In this document: positions 8,584 through 19,127 of the stretch, piece after piece
How positions within the stretch are numbered: position 1 is the stretch's first letter
Layout: every line of letters starts with the position of its first letter
Made by a program: the position numbers and the translations under genes
The notes under the pieces: generated by a model
Databases searched by the model: none
Seen by the model: only the letters and a program-made list of their open reading frames with translations
What the model was told of the DNA's origin: nothing
Source: Candidatus Cloacimonadales bacterium
Lineage (GTDB): Bacteria > Cloacimonadota > Cloacimonadia > Cloacimonadales > JAFGVF01
NCBI GenBank assembly: GCA_963663475.2
Contig: CAXXJV010000001.1
Span: 1,696,001 to 1,760,000 of the forward strand
DNA: 64,000 nucleotides
Direction: 5' to 3'

Positions 8584-9795
8584 TTAAATCTCGAATTTAG
8601 ACTGATCTATAGCTGATAATACTTTCAAAACCTGAGCATTATCTTTAACATTATGAACTCTGATAATATCGATCTTTTTATTGAAGGCAAGGGCTGTAGT
8701 TGCCATTGTACCACCTTCTCTCTCAAGTGGTTTACTAGGATCTATCATGTTAATAAAGGACTTCCTAGAAGTTCCTAGTAGAACTTTACAAGCAAGAATA
8801 TGAAACTCATCAATTCTTTTTAGAATTGCTAAATTGTGTTCTAATCTTTTACCAAATCCTATTCCTGGATCAATTATAATTCTATCCAAAGCTATACCAT
8901 TAGCTTGAAGATATGAAATTCTTTCCTCAAAAAAAGCTAGCAAATCATTGATAACATTATCATAGCTTGGATTATCTTGCATATTTTCAGGATTTCCCTG
9001 CATGTGCATGATGCATACTTGGCTCTCAGGATAGTCTTGTAATACTTTTAACATCTTCTTGTCAGACTGTAAAGCACTTATGTCATTAATAATATTTGCC
9101 CCAGCCTTGAGAGCTTGACGTGCAACTTCAGACTTGTAAGTATCTACTGAAATTGTAACTTGGGATTCTTTTCTAATGGCACTTATGACTGGAATAACTC
9201 TTGCTAATTCATCTTGCAGGGAGACTCTTGGAGAACCTGGACGGGTTGACTCTCCTCCTATATCAATAATAGAGGCCCCTTCTTTAATCATATCCTTAGC
9301 CCTCTCAAGGGCTTTAGTCAAATCAAAATACTCATTACCATCTGAAAAAGAATCTGGTGTAACATTCAAAATTCCCATAATCTGTGGTATAAAATCTCTT
9401 CCTTTATCTTGCAGGCTCCAATAAAGTAATTGATTACGGAAGACAGATAACTCTTGTCTTATCTCAGGAAGCCCCATTGTAGTATAATGTCTCATTCTAG
9501 TTATTAAAGCAAGTAGCTTGTTTGCCCCTCCCATAAAGAGAAGATTTGTTTTCTTCTTCTCTCCTTCAACAATACCCTTACTCATAGCAATATCAGCCCC
9601 GATGATGAGTGCTTCTTGCTTAAGAATATTAGCTGCTCCTGTTTCTACATTATATAAGATAAGAGAACGACCTAGAGCTTTAGGAGCCATTACCTCTACA
9701 CCCTGAGAAGATACACCTATTTGCTTAAGAATACTTCTTGCATCTTCTAGGTTAGTTATACTGATTATTCTATTTTTCATTAATTTATCCTTCAT
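8584..9795 (-). CDS. folP: Dihydropteroate synthase with N-terminal extension
   Basis: MGILNVTPDSFSDG, DIGGESTRPG, DPGIGFGK, GTSRKSF, RVHNV. Confidence 0.95.
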   Translation of the reverse strand: MKDKLMKNRIISITNLEDARSILKQIGVSSQGVEVMAPKALGRSLILYNVETGAANILKQEALIIGADIAMSKGIVEGEKKKTNLLFMGGANKLLALITRMRHYTTMGLPEIRQELSVFRNQLLYWSLQDKGRDFIPQIMGILNVTPDSFSDGNEYFDLTKALERAKDMIKEGASIIDIGGESTRPGSPRVSLQDELARVIPVISAIRKESQVTISVDTYKSEVARQALKAGANIINDISALQSDKKMLKVLQDYPESQVCIMHMQGNPENMQDNPSYDNVINDLLAFFEERISYLQANGIALDRIIIDPGIGFGKRLEHNLAILKRIDEFHILACKVLLGTSRKSFINMIDPSKPLEREGGTMATTALAFNKKIDIIRVHNVKDNAQVLKVLSAIDQSKFEI

Positions 9796-9849
9796 AATCT
9801 TGTTTGATTTTATTCTAATTATCTAGGGAGACTTGTAGGTCTGAAAAAG

Positions 9850-10656
9850 CTATTCTTGATTAATATCCACTAACTTGTTTCTGTAATTCAATACGTAGAT
9901 ACCTGAAGTCATTCCTCTTAATTTACCTTCTTGGTCAGCATCCTGTAAAATATCAATTACCCAGACAGCTAACTCACTATTACCTTCAAGATTTTGCATG
10001 CTTCCCTTGATTCGGCCATCTCTAATTTCAAAAAATATCTTACACATTTGCGATACTTTTTTGCTAGGATCAAACTCCTTACCAGCAAAAAGAGATCTAA
10101 TTAATGAATCATCTCCACCATAATTTGTTTCCTCAAAAAAGTCACTTGTACCTGTGAAAGAAATAAAAATTGTATCTTGTTTCGTTTTACTAAACTTCTT
10201 TGTATCTATTTTGATAGGTTCTTTATCACCTAGAGATTCATGAATATCATGCACATCATAGTCTATAATATGAGAATTAGGAGCAATAATATCCCTTTCT
10301 CTTTGAGCATAAGTCGAAGCAGTATGAGTTCTATCCTGAAATCTGTCTTGATCATCTTCTTCAAATAGATTAAAGGTGTAGTCTTCATCAGCATCTGATT
10401 CCTCTTCTCCTTGAATTGTTGGCTTGATGAATTGATCAATAGGTATTGAAGAAGCTTCTTTCTTTTCTATTTGGCCTGTATCAACTTGCTTAATAGCTTC
10501 CTTAACCAATTCTTCCTTTTCTTCCACTTTTTCTACCTCTATTGCTAATTCTTTCACTTCAGGCGCTTTATATTCAGGTATATCTAGACTGTAAAAGAAA
10601 AGTAACCCATGCAGTAAAATAGAAATGATAAAGGGAATCAAGTAATTATTTTTCAT
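9850..10656 (-). CDS. TonB/TolA-like energy transducer
   Basis: N-terminal TM with S-x3-H (SILLHG); acidic linker; directly downstream of exbB-exbD. Confidence 0.6.
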   Translation of the reverse strand: MKNNYLIPFIISILLHGLLFFYSLDIPEYKAPEVKELAIEVEKVEEKEELVKEAIKQVDTGQIEKKEASSIPIDQFIKPTIQGEEESDADEDYTFNLFEEDDQDRFQDRTHTASTYAQRERDIIAPNSHIIDYDVHDIHESLGDKEPIKIDTKKFSKTKQDTIFISFTGTSDFFEETNYGGDDSLIRSLFAGKEFDPSKKVSQMCKIFFEIRDGRIKGSMQNLEGNSELAVWVIDILQDADQEGKLRGMTSGIYVLNYRNKLVDINQE

Positions 10657-10657
10657 A

Positions 10658-11071
10658 TTAATCTATACTATATCTTGTTGGGTAAGAGATTCTTTTAGCT
10701 CCTACCTCGGTTACAATATCATGAACTGCTACTATATTTTTCCATTGGACATCCTCATCTACCCAGATCTCAACCTTAGAGTCTGCATCTTGAATCAATC
10801 TTCTTCTTAACTCATCAGCAAAGTCAGTTTCATTATAAACTTTATTTTTATTATCTAAACAAAGTTCATTATCCTTTGTAATTATTACTTTTATTATATT
10901 ACCTGAAGGAAGCTTACTTGTACTTACAGATTGGGGAAGATTGACACCAATAGAGTTTATATTGACAAAGTTGGATGATAATAGAAGAAATATAATTAAT
11001 AGAAAGACAACGTCTGTCATGGATATCAAAACTGTTGAGGTTATCTTCTTCTTCTTAACATCAATCTTCAT
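10658..11071 (-). CDS. exbD: Biopolymer transporter ExbD/TolR
   Basis: SMTDVVFLLIIFLL, VNLP. Confidence 0.9.
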   Translation of the reverse strand: MKIDVKKKKITSTVLISMTDVVFLLIIFLLLSSNFVNINSIGVNLPQSVSTSKLPSGNIIKVIITKDNELCLDNKNKVYNETDFADELRRRLIQDADSKVEIWVDEDVQWKNIVAVHDIVTEVGAKRISYPTRYSID

Positions 11072-11073
11072 GC

Positions 11074-11679
11074 TTAATCCCTGTTCTCTTCTCTAAATTT
11101 GAGAATCAAATGATGACCAGTTTCTTCAATCTTTCCAGCTATATTCTCTATGGAAGCAACAAAATAATTATTAAAAATTAAAGCTATAATACCCACAACT
11201 AATCCACCAATTGTTGTTAACATAGCTTCCCAAATACCGTTAGCTAACATACTGATATCTACTCCACCCTTTGAGATACCTATGTTCATGAAGACCTTTA
11301 CCATACCAGATGCAGTTCCTAAGAAACCTATCAAAGGGGCAATTGCTGAAAGAGTTGCTAAAACTCCTATGTGCTTTTCAAGTTGTTTAATCTCAACTTT
11401 GGCCTTGTTTTCCATCTCTTCATTAGCATCTTTCTCACCATAAACAAGATAGTCAACACCACGTTTCAAGGTGTTGGTTAGGGGAGATTCAATTGCTGAT
11501 GATTTAACAAACTCTCTAATATCTGCAAGCTTTGTTAAACTTTCTAATTCACTAGCAAATTCATCATCTTCTTTCTTAGCCTTGTAAATGACTATAAATC
11601 TTTCTATGATTACTGCTATTGTTATTATTGAAGCTAATAACAATACGTACATCAAAATACCACCTCTGGCAATAAACAT
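11074..11679 (-). CDS. exbB: MotA/TolQ/ExbB proton channel
   Basis: APLIGFLGTASGM, GIWEAMLTTIGGL. Confidence 0.9.
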   Translation of the reverse strand: MFIARGGILMYVLLLASIITIAVIIERFIVIYKAKKEDDEFASELESLTKLADIREFVKSSAIESPLTNTLKRGVDYLVYGEKDANEEMENKAKVEIKQLEKHIGVLATLSAIAPLIGFLGTASGMVKVFMNIGISKGGVDISMLANGIWEAMLTTIGGLVVGIIALIFNNYFVASIENIAGKIEETGHHLILKFREENRD

Positions 11680-11857
11680 TAAATTCCTCCGATTTTATAT
11701 TATCCTTTTTACATAGTTATTAATTTCAAGAACTTCTTTATAACTTAAGCAAATCACTAGAAAACTCTCAGATATGAGGGAAGTCCTAGCATTATTTAAG
11801 GGAGAATGTTAATCATTATAGCAATACAAACCCTCTCCCTTAAAAAAATAAATTACT

Positions 11858-12940
11858 CTAGATTTGCTTTAAATTACCATCAACATCTTGAGCTTTTTTA
11901 AAGAATTCTTCTTCTAATTTCTCCATTTCTGCAAGAGCTGAATTTAACATTCTTACCCTCTCACTATAAGAAATAAATGCAGATTTAAAGCCATTAATAA
12001 TTATATTTTTAACATCTTTATAAGTGATGTTTAATGTGTCAATAACAAACATAAACTCATCTGTAACACTGGTTGAAGAAACTGTTCTATTATCAGTATT
12101 TAAGGTAACTCTTAGTCCATAATCTAAATAAAAACCAAAAGGATGTACATCAAGAGATGGTACAGCCTTGGTATGATAATTACTTTTAAAACAAATCTCT
12201 AAAGGAATTCTGTGATCATTAACATAGTTTAATAAGTCTCCATCTTCAATTAAACGGGTACCATGGCCTATTCTATGAGTACCACAATAATGAAGTGCTT
12301 GATGAATACTATCAGGTCCATATGCTTCCCCAGCATGGATAGTAATATTTAAATTGTTGCTTAAAGCTAATCTAAAAGCTTCTTCATGATCCTTTGCTGG
12401 ATAGTTATACTCAGCTCCTGCTAAATCAAAACCGATTACCCCCTTGTTCTTGTAAGCTACTGCTAACTCAGCTAAACGTAAGGAAGTGGCAGGATTAATG
12501 TTTCTTATACCACAGATTATTACAGCTGTCTTGATGTTATATTTTAATTCAGCTTTGTGCAAGCCCCTTAAAACAGCATCCGAAATCTCTGTTAGCTTTA
12601 ATCCTTCATTAGTATGAAGAATTGGTGAGTAACGAACCTCTATATAACGAACATTCTCCTTAGCTGAATCTTCAGCCAACTCAAAAGCAGCCCTCTCTAA
12701 TCCCTCTTCATTTTGCAAAACTAAATTGGTTATATGAAAGCCTTGAAGATATTCTTCTAAAGACTTGCAGTCATCCCCACATGAAATCATGGATAAAAGT
12801 TTCTTTCTATCTGTAGTTGGTAATTTTATATTATTCTTCTTGGCTAAATCTAATATTGTGTCCACCCGCACAGAACCATCCAAATGAACATGAAGATCTG
12901 TCTTAGGTAACTTCTCTATAAATTCTCTAGTTAACTTCAT
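11858..12940 (-). CDS. add: Adenosine deaminase
   Basis: LPKTDLHVHLDGS, TIHAGE, RIGHG, NTDN. Confidence 0.95.
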   Translation of the reverse strand: MKLTREFIEKLPKTDLHVHLDGSVRVDTILDLAKKNNIKLPTTDRKKLLSMISCGDDCKSLEEYLQGFHITNLVLQNEEGLERAAFELAEDSAKENVRYIEVRYSPILHTNEGLKLTEISDAVLRGLHKAELKYNIKTAVIICGIRNINPATSLRLAELAVAYKNKGVIGFDLAGAEYNYPAKDHEEAFRLALSNNLNITIHAGEAYGPDSIHQALHYCGTHRIGHGTRLIEDGDLLNYVNDHRIPLEICFKSNYHTKAVPSLDVHPFGFYLDYGLRVTLNTDNRTVSSTSVTDEFMFVIDTLNITYKDVKNIIINGFKSAFISYSERVRMLNSALAEMEKLEEEFFKKAQDVDGNLKQI

Positions 12941-13105
12941 TTTTCCTCCTAAAGTTATTTAATATGTTATTATAATTGCTTAAGATATTTCTGTCAAAGA
13001 AAAAAATGATTATATTTTCTAAAAGCTTAATTATTCCCTAAACTCAATAAAAAAAAAAGCTAGACAAATGTTTCTAGCTATAAGATTTGTAACTGAGGAG
13101 GAAGT

Positions 13106-13351
13106 ATGAAAGATAATAATGATAGATCCTACTTACTGCTTAGGATTAGTAGCTTTATGCTAAAAATCCTCTCCCTTTTTGGCCTTTACTTTGGCCTTAT
13201 GTGGGCTTTTACTTACTCAGGTAGGTCTGCTGGAGTTAGACTGCTTATTTTTCTAACAGGCTTGAGTATGGCCTTAATCCTCTTTACCTGCGGTGAATTG
13301 ATTAAGGTTATCATAAGAGATATTTTACTGCCAAGACAAAAAAATAAATAA
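13106..13351 (+). CDS. Small two-TM membrane protein
   Basis: RBS GAGGAGG; two hydrophobic segments. Confidence 0.7.
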   Translation: MKDNNDRSYLLLRISSFMLKILSLFGLYFGLMWAFTYSGRSAGVRLLIFLTGLSMALILFTCGELIKVIIRDILLPRQKNK

Positions 13352-13409
13352 AATAATAAAAAAAACTTGACGAAATAAGAACATTTAAAATAATTACTTA
13401 AATATAAAA

Positions 13410-13535
13410 GATGTGAAAACATCTACCTAACGATTCTGCCCAGTAGATATTGTCTAGGTCCCATATAGAATAATACTTATATAGTATAGATATAATAATG
13501 GATTAGGGCGGATTTTATATCCGCCCTTTTTTTGT
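13410..13535 (+). promoter_or_regulatory. Putative L20-type leader/attenuator of infC-rpmI-rplT
   Basis: Terminator AGGGCGGAT-TTTAT-ATCCGCCCT-TTTTTT (13505-13533) lies between a TTGACG -35 box (13367) and infC; TTCTGCCC (13434-13441) can pair with its 5' arm. Confidence 0.55.
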
Positions 13536-13568
13536 TAAACCGAAAACCTAAAAAAATGGAGGTTTCTT

Positions 13569-14186
13569 ATAATAAGGATAAGAAAAGGACGCGCCAAAAC
13601 TAAAGAAGTTGTGCCAAAAGAGAATATTAATGAACAGATTACTGCAAGAGAAGTAAGATTGATCGATTCTGAAGGTAAACAAGTAGGCGTGGTAAGTATT
13701 GTTAGAGCAAGAGAAATTGCTGAACAGGCTGGACTTGATTTAGTGGAGATTTCTCCTTCTGCAAAACCACCTGTGTGCAAGATTATGGATTTTAGTAAGT
13801 ACTATTATCAAAAAGAGCGTAAGGCTCGTGAAGCAAGAAAAAACAGACAGGAAGTTCAGGTTAAAGAAGTAAAATTTGGACCGAACACCGAAGAACATGA
13901 TTATAAGTTCAAGAAAAAGAATGCTATCAAATTCTTGCTTCAACATGATAAAGTGAAGTTTACTGTTCGCTTTAAAGGTCGCCAAATGGCTCATAAAGAA
14001 TTAGGCGAAGATTTGTTAAAAAAGTTAATTGAAGAGCTTAAGCCCATTGTTGATATTGATCAACCTATTCGCTCAGAAAGTAGAGTTATGTCAATGACTC
14101 TTTCACCTAAAAAAGATATTGAAAAATTAATCGATTTATTAGATCAAACTGATGATATCGAAGAAAATGTAGAAGAACAAGAATAA
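13569..14186 (+). CDS. infC: Translation initiation factor IF-3 (probable non-canonical ATA start at 13569 or 13572)
   Basis: INEQITAREVRLID, PPVCKIMDF, FKGRQ; RBS GGAGGT (13558-63) precedes in-frame ATA codons, not the GTG at 13611. Confidence 0.95.
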   Translation: MIRIRKGRAKTKEVVPKENINEQITAREVRLIDSEGKQVGVVSIVRAREIAEQAGLDLVEISPSAKPPVCKIMDFSKYYYQKERKAREARKNRQEVQVKEVKFGPNTEEHDYKFKKKNAIKFLLQHDKVKFTVRFKGRQMAHKELGEDLLKKLIEELKPIVDIDQPIRSESRVMSMTLSPKKDIEKLIDLLDQTDDIEENVEEQE

Positions 14187-14204
14187 TATAAAATTGGAGG
14201 AATA

Positions 14205-14405
14205 ATGCCAAAAATTAGAACCCACAGAGCTGCTGCTAAGCGATTTAAAGTTACCGGAAGTGGTAAAATTAAAAGACATCACGCAAAGTCTGCTCACATT
14301 AAAACTAAGAAAAGCCCTAAATTGAAAAGACATTTAAGAGATTCTGAAATTGTCAGATCATGTGATGAACCAAGAGTAAAGAAAATGCTTTGCGGCATGA
14401 TGTAA
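14205..14405 (+). CDS. rpmI: 50S ribosomal protein L35
   Basis: [21 protein letters not shown]. Confidence 0.97.
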   Translation: MPKIRTHRAAAKRFKVTGSGKIKRHHAKSAHIKTKKSPKLKRHLRDSEIVRSCDEPRVKKMLCGMM

Positions 14406-14423
14406 AAAAAAGGAGTTTAAAAA

Positions 14424-14783
14424 ATGGCAAGATCAAAAAATTTAGTTGCTTCCAGAGCAAGAAAAAAAGGAAAACTTAAATTAGCTAGAGGATATAGAGG
14501 TGCAAGACATAGATTATATAGAATCGCTGCACAAACTGTTGAGAAAGGTTGGGGATACGCTTATAGAGATAGAAAGCAAAAGAAAAGAACTTTCCGTAGA
14601 TTATGGATTACAAGAATCAATGCTGCTTGCCGTAATGAAGGTATCACTTATAGCAAATTTATTAACGCTCTCCATAAAGCAGACATTAATGTTAACCGTA
14701 AAGTTTTAGCTAACTTAGCTTGGCATGATCAAGAAGCTTTTGCTCAATTAGTGGATATCGCAAAAAAACATATGGAAGCTTAA
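14424..14783 (+). CDS. rplT: 50S ribosomal protein L20
   Basis: YAYRDRKQKKRTFRRLWITRINAA. Confidence 0.97.
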   Translation: MARSKNLVASRARKKGKLKLARGYRGARHRLYRIAAQTVEKGWGYAYRDRKQKKRTFRRLWITRINAACRNEGITYSKFINALHKADINVNRKVLANLAWHDQEAFAQLVDIAKKHMEA

Positions 14784-15806
14784 ATGAAAGAAAAGCTTAA
14801 GCAGATAATAGCCAAGGCTGAATCAGAATTAAATTCAATAACTTCTAAACCTGAATTATTGAATGCAAAATCTAGAATAATTGGAAAAAAGAGCCAACTA
14901 AACTCTTTGATGAAAAATATTAAAGATATTGCTCCTGAAGACCGCCGAGAATTTGGCCAATTAGTTAATGAAGCAAAGAATTATCTGCAAAATTTAATCG
15001 ATAAAAGAACTGAAATTATCGATGAACTAATATATAAAGAACAAATTGCCTCTTCCCGCATTGATCTAACAATGCCGGGAAGAAGGATTGTTCAAGGTGG
15101 ACTACATCCTCTCACAAAAATTTGGAGAGAAGTGGAGGACACCTTTCTTAGTATGGGTTTTGAAATTGCAGATGGCTTTGATGTAGAAGATGAATTTCAT
15201 AATTTTGATGCCTTAAATACCCCTAAAGACCATCCATCCCGAAATTTAGCAGATACCTTCTATGTAGAAGATAATATTTTACTTAGAACTCAAACATCAA
15301 CTGTTCAAATCAGAACAATGGAAAACTATCAACCTCCTATTAGAATTATTGCTCCAGGACGTTGCTATCGTAACGATAAAATGGATGCGTCACATTCTCC
15401 TGTATTCCATCAAGTAGAAGCTTTAGTGGTTGATGAAAACATCTCTTTCGCTGATTTAAAAGATACACTCAATATCTTTGTTCAAAAGATGTTTGGTCCT
15501 AATACTAAATCAAGAATTAGACCGCATTTCTTCCCCTTCACTGAACCAAGTGCTGAAATTGATATCTCCTGCGTTAACTGCGGAGGAAGTGGCTGTAGAA
15601 TCTGTAAGAATAGTGGTTGGCTAGAAATGGGTGGGGCTGGTATGGTCGATCCAGCAGTACTTGAAACAGTTGGAATTGACCCAGAAAAATACACAGGCTA
15701 TGCTTTCGGATTAGGTATTGATAGAATTACTATGCTCAAATATAATATACCAGATTTGAGAATACTCTTTGAGAATGATTTAAGATTTTTAAAACAATAT
15801 AGATAG
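14784..15806 (+). CDS. pheS: Phenylalanine-tRNA ligase alpha subunit
   Basis: HPSRNLADTFY, LRTQTS, FPFTEPS, GYAFGLGIDR. Confidence 0.97.
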   Translation: MKEKLKQIIAKAESELNSITSKPELLNAKSRIIGKKSQLNSLMKNIKDIAPEDRREFGQLVNEAKNYLQNLIDKRTEIIDELIYKEQIASSRIDLTMPGRRIVQGGLHPLTKIWREVEDTFLSMGFEIADGFDVEDEFHNFDALNTPKDHPSRNLADTFYVEDNILLRTQTSTVQIRTMENYQPPIRIIAPGRCYRNDKMDASHSPVFHQVEALVVDENISFADLKDTLNIFVQKMFGPNTKSRIRPHFFPFTEPSAEIDISCVNCGGSGCRICKNSGWLEMGGAGMVDPAVLETVGIDPEKYTGYAFGLGIDRITMLKYNIPDLRILFENDLRFLKQYR

Positions 15807-15818
15807 GGTTTAGGGATT

Positions 15819-18230
15819 ATGAAAATTAGTTATAAATGGTTAAAAGATTATGTAGATTTGGACGTAGACCCTAAAACTTTAGAAGACCACCTTACATTTG
15901 CTGGTATCGAAGTAGAAGAAATTGAACATATAGGTCAAGATTTACAGCAATTTAAAGTTGCTCAAGTCTTATCAGCTGAAAAATTAGAAGGCTCAGATCA
16001 TCTACAAGTTTGCCAGGTTGATGATGGTAGTGAAGAAACCCTTCAAGTAGTTTGTGGGGCTCCTAATTGTAGAAGTGGTTTAAAAGTAGCCTTTGCTCCA
16101 ATTGGCTCAGTCATAGGTGGGGAATTCAAAATTAAAAAAGCTAAACTTAAAGGTGTAGCTTCTTTTGGTATGATTTGCTCGGCTAAAGAATTAGGAATTT
16201 CTGAAGACCATGAAGGCATTATGGAACTTGCTTCTGATGCAATTATTGGACAGGACTTAGCTAGTTATTTAGATTTTAATGATATAGTTTATGATGTTGA
16301 AATTACTCCTAATCGCCCAGATTTACTAGGAATGATAGGGGTTGCACGTGATGTATCTGCCCTTTATCACAAAAAACTTAAGCTACCTCAAACTAAAGAA
16401 TGGCAAAGTGTCAATGATATTAAAGATTCTCTTAAGCTAGGCATAAGTAATCCAGAAAAATGTTCTCGCTATATAGCGACTGTGATTAAAAATGTTTCTA
16501 TTAAAGAATCTCCTGATTGGCTAAAGAAAAGACTAATAGCAGTTGGACTCAGACCAATCAATAATATTGTAGATATTACTAACTTTATCTTGATGGAAAC
16601 TGGTCATCCTATTCATGCCTTTGACTACGATAAAATTGCAGGGCAAGAAATTATTGTCCGCGATGCTTTAGAAAATGAAAGTTTCCCAGCCCTTAACGGA
16701 GATAAATTAACACTATCGACAGATGATTTAGTTATTGCTGATGCAGAAAAGGCTATTGGACTAGCTGGAGTAATGGGGGGAGCAAATTCAGAAATTACTG
16801 AAAATACCAAAAATATAGTTATTGAGTCTGCTTGCTTTAATTATGCTACTATCAGAAGAACTTCTCAAAGGCATAAACTCTTCTCAGACTCTTCCTATAG
16901 ATTCGAAAGAGGATTATCTCCTGAAACACCTGTTTTTGCCAGAGATAGAGCTGTTGACCTTATCTTAGACTTAGCTGGCGGTAACCTGCAAAAAGGATCC
17001 TTAGACATCTATCAAAATCCAGATTCTGCTAAGATAATCGTTAAACTAAGACCAGCGAGAGTTACTAAAGTTCTAGGAAGTCAAATTCCTGTAACGGAGA
17101 TTAAATCTTATCTAAAGGCCTTAGGTTTAGAGCTTTTACAGGAAAATGACCAGTGCTTAGAATATAAGATTCCTCATTTTAGAGGAGATCTTTCCAGAGA
17201 AATTGATTTAATTGAGGAGATAGTAAGACTGCATGGATATAACAATATTCCTGCAAAAACTAAACCACAAGGTATCATGAACCTACAGCACTTTAAGTTA
17301 GAAAGAAAAATTAAAGACTTAATGGTTACTGCAGGCTTATACGAAGTGATTAATCTAAGTCTTTTTGATCCAGAAAATCTTAACAAACTTAGACTTGCTC
17401 AAGATGATTATAGAAGAAATTTTGTTGAACTCAAAAACCCTCAGAGTAATGTACTTAAAGCAATGCGAACTACATTAATAACAAACCTCTTAAACTGTGC
17501 CGAATATAACATCAATAGAGGCAATAAAGATGTCCGTATTTTTGAGCTTAATAAAATTATTCTGAATAATTATGACAAGACTACAGAAGAAAGAAAACAC
17601 CTAACAGTCCTTCTTTCTGGAAACCGTTTTGATGGTTATTGGAAGGATAATCAAAGTAAATGTGATTTCTATGACCTTAAAGGTATTGCAGAAGACTTGC
17701 TAGCAGAAACTAACCTTACTGCTACTTTTATACCATCCAAGGAAAGCTACTATACCGAAAATCATGCTCTCGATATCATGATTGGGAAAAATAAAGTAGC
17801 ATCTTTAGGACAAATAGATCCTAAAATCGCTAAAAGCTTTGATATTAATACTGTTGATTTAAAGCAAGATGTTTATATTTTTGATATCAATTTATCAGAA
17901 GTGTATCAGTTAATGGACTTTTCAGACAGAGAATTTTCAGAAATAAATAGATTCCCTAATGTGATTAGAGACCTATCTTTCCATGTAGATTCTCAAGTGC
18001 CTGTTGCTGACATTATTTCATCAATAGAACTTGTAAATAAATCAGTTGTGCAAAATGTGTCTTTAATTGATCAATATAAAGGTAAGAATATTCCTAGCGG
18101 AAAAAGAAGTTTAACTTTTAGTATAACTCTAAATTCTGCAAATAAAACATTGACAGATAAATTTGTCGAACAATTAATGAAAAAAGTAATTCAAAACTTA
18201 GAGAAAAAATTTAATATTGAAATGAGGTAA
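15819..18230 (+). CDS. pheT: Phenylalanine-tRNA ligase beta subunit
   Basis: VVCGAPN, ITPNRPD, RFERG, DLIEEIVR, C-terminal RDLS...SLTF. Confidence 0.97.
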   Translation: MKISYKWLKDYVDLDVDPKTLEDHLTFAGIEVEEIEHIGQDLQQFKVAQVLSAEKLEGSDHLQVCQVDDGSEETLQVVCGAPNCRSGLKVAFAPIGSVIGGEFKIKKAKLKGVASFGMICSAKELGISEDHEGIMELASDAIIGQDLASYLDFNDIVYDVEITPNRPDLLGMIGVARDVSALYHKKLKLPQTKEWQSVNDIKDSLKLGISNPEKCSRYIATVIKNVSIKESPDWLKKRLIAVGLRPINNIVDITNFILMETGHPIHAFDYDKIAGQEIIVRDALENESFPALNGDKLTLSTDDLVIADAEKAIGLAGVMGGANSEITENTKNIVIESACFNYATIRRTSQRHKLFSDSSYRFERGLSPETPVFARDRAVDLILDLAGGNLQKGSLDIYQNPDSAKIIVKLRPARVTKVLGSQIPVTEIKSYLKALGLELLQENDQCLEYKIPHFRGDLSREIDLIEEIVRLHGYNNIPAKTKPQGIMNLQHFKLERKIKDLMVTAGLYEVINLSLFDPENLNKLRLAQDDYRRNFVELKNPQSNVLKAMRTTLITNLLNCAEYNINRGNKDVRIFELNKIILNNYDKTTEERKHLTVLLSGNRFDGYWKDNQSKCDFYDLKGIAEDLLAETNLTATFIPSKESYYTENHALDIMIGKNKVASLGQIDPKIAKSFDINTVDLKQDVYIFDINLSEVYQLMDFSDREFSEINRFPNVIRDLSFHVDSQVPVADIISSIELVNKSVVQNVSLIDQYKGKNIPSGKRSLTFSITLNSANKTLTDKFVEQLMKKVIQNLEKKFNIEMR

Positions 18231-18235
18231 GTAAA

Positions 18236-18616
18236 ATGAATCAAGTGAATATGAATAATATAAATCAGAAAATTCAGAAGCTAATTGAAAAATATAGAGC
18301 TCTTGAAGCTGAAAATAATAATAATTTAGAAACTATTTCTAAATTAGAGCAAGTTGTAGAAGAACAATCAAACAATATTGCAAATCTTAATGAAACATTA
18401 GAAAATAAAGAACTACAAATAATGACTCATGAAGATACTATCAATGAACTTAATAAGTCAATTGAAGATTTAAGACAAACAAGAGCTAACCTAGAAACTA
18501 AAGTTAGTGAACTTCAATCTGCTCTAGATAATATCGGTAATACAGCAAACGAAATCGATTCAAAACTTTCTGATATGTTCCCTGATATAGATCTTTCAGA
18601 TATTGATAATCTATAA
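18236..18616 (+). CDS. Coiled-coil ZapB-like protein
   Basis: Heptad coiled coil; pheT-zapB-zapA context. Confidence 0.6.
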   Translation: MNQVNMNNINQKIQKLIEKYRALEAENNNNLETISKLEQVVEEQSNNIANLNETLENKELQIMTHEDTINELNKSIEDLRQTRANLETKVSELQSALDNIGNTANEIDSKLSDMFPDIDLSDIDNL

Positions 18617-18631
18617 TTTTAAGAATACTAT

Positions 18632-18892
18632 ATGAAAGAAATTCAATTTGAATTATTAGGTAAACATTTCAGTGTCAAAACAGATGACCCTGATAAACTA
18701 GAAAGAACAATATTAGATTTAAAAAAATTCCTTAGAGAAATGTCTTTGGAGTATAAAAGCCTAGATCTAAATAAATTCTTGCTCTACTGTATGCTGAAAA
18801 TGACTGATCAGATGATCACTATTCAAGATCAATTGTCTCAGTTTAATAATCAGATTGATACTATTGATATTGACTCCTTTTTGGATGAATAA
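18632..18892 (+). CDS. zapA: Cell division protein ZapA-like
   Basis: IQFELLGKHFSVKTD pattern; position upstream of 6S RNA and rny. Confidence 0.7.
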   Translation: MKEIQFELLGKHFSVKTDDPDKLERTILDLKKFLREMSLEYKSLDLNKFLLYCMLKMTDQMITIQDQLSQFNNQIDTIDIDSFLDE

Positions 18893-18900
18893 TATTTTAC

Positions 18901-19068
18901 TTCTGCAATATTAGTGATCTTTCATTGAAGAAGAACTAACATTAAATAGGGAATCGAGCCATTGGTGGCACTCAAGCCGTCTTTGTTACGGATCAGTAAA
19001 GCTGATAAGGTAGATGCCCACCTTGAACGGAGTTCTAGGTTTTCAATAATGGACACGGTATTGCGGAA
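18901..19068 (+). ncRNA. ssrS: 6S RNA
   Basis: Closing stem TTCTGCAATA..GTG / CAC.GTATTGCGGAA, internal ATTGAA/TTCAAT and AGAACT/AGTTCT pairings, CCCACC motif; canonical zapA-ssrS-rny position. Confidence 0.85.
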
Positions 19069-19127
19069 ATTTTTTTAACAAAAGTTAGATCCTTTACTAA
19101 AGGATAGAATATAGATAAAGAGAGGAT

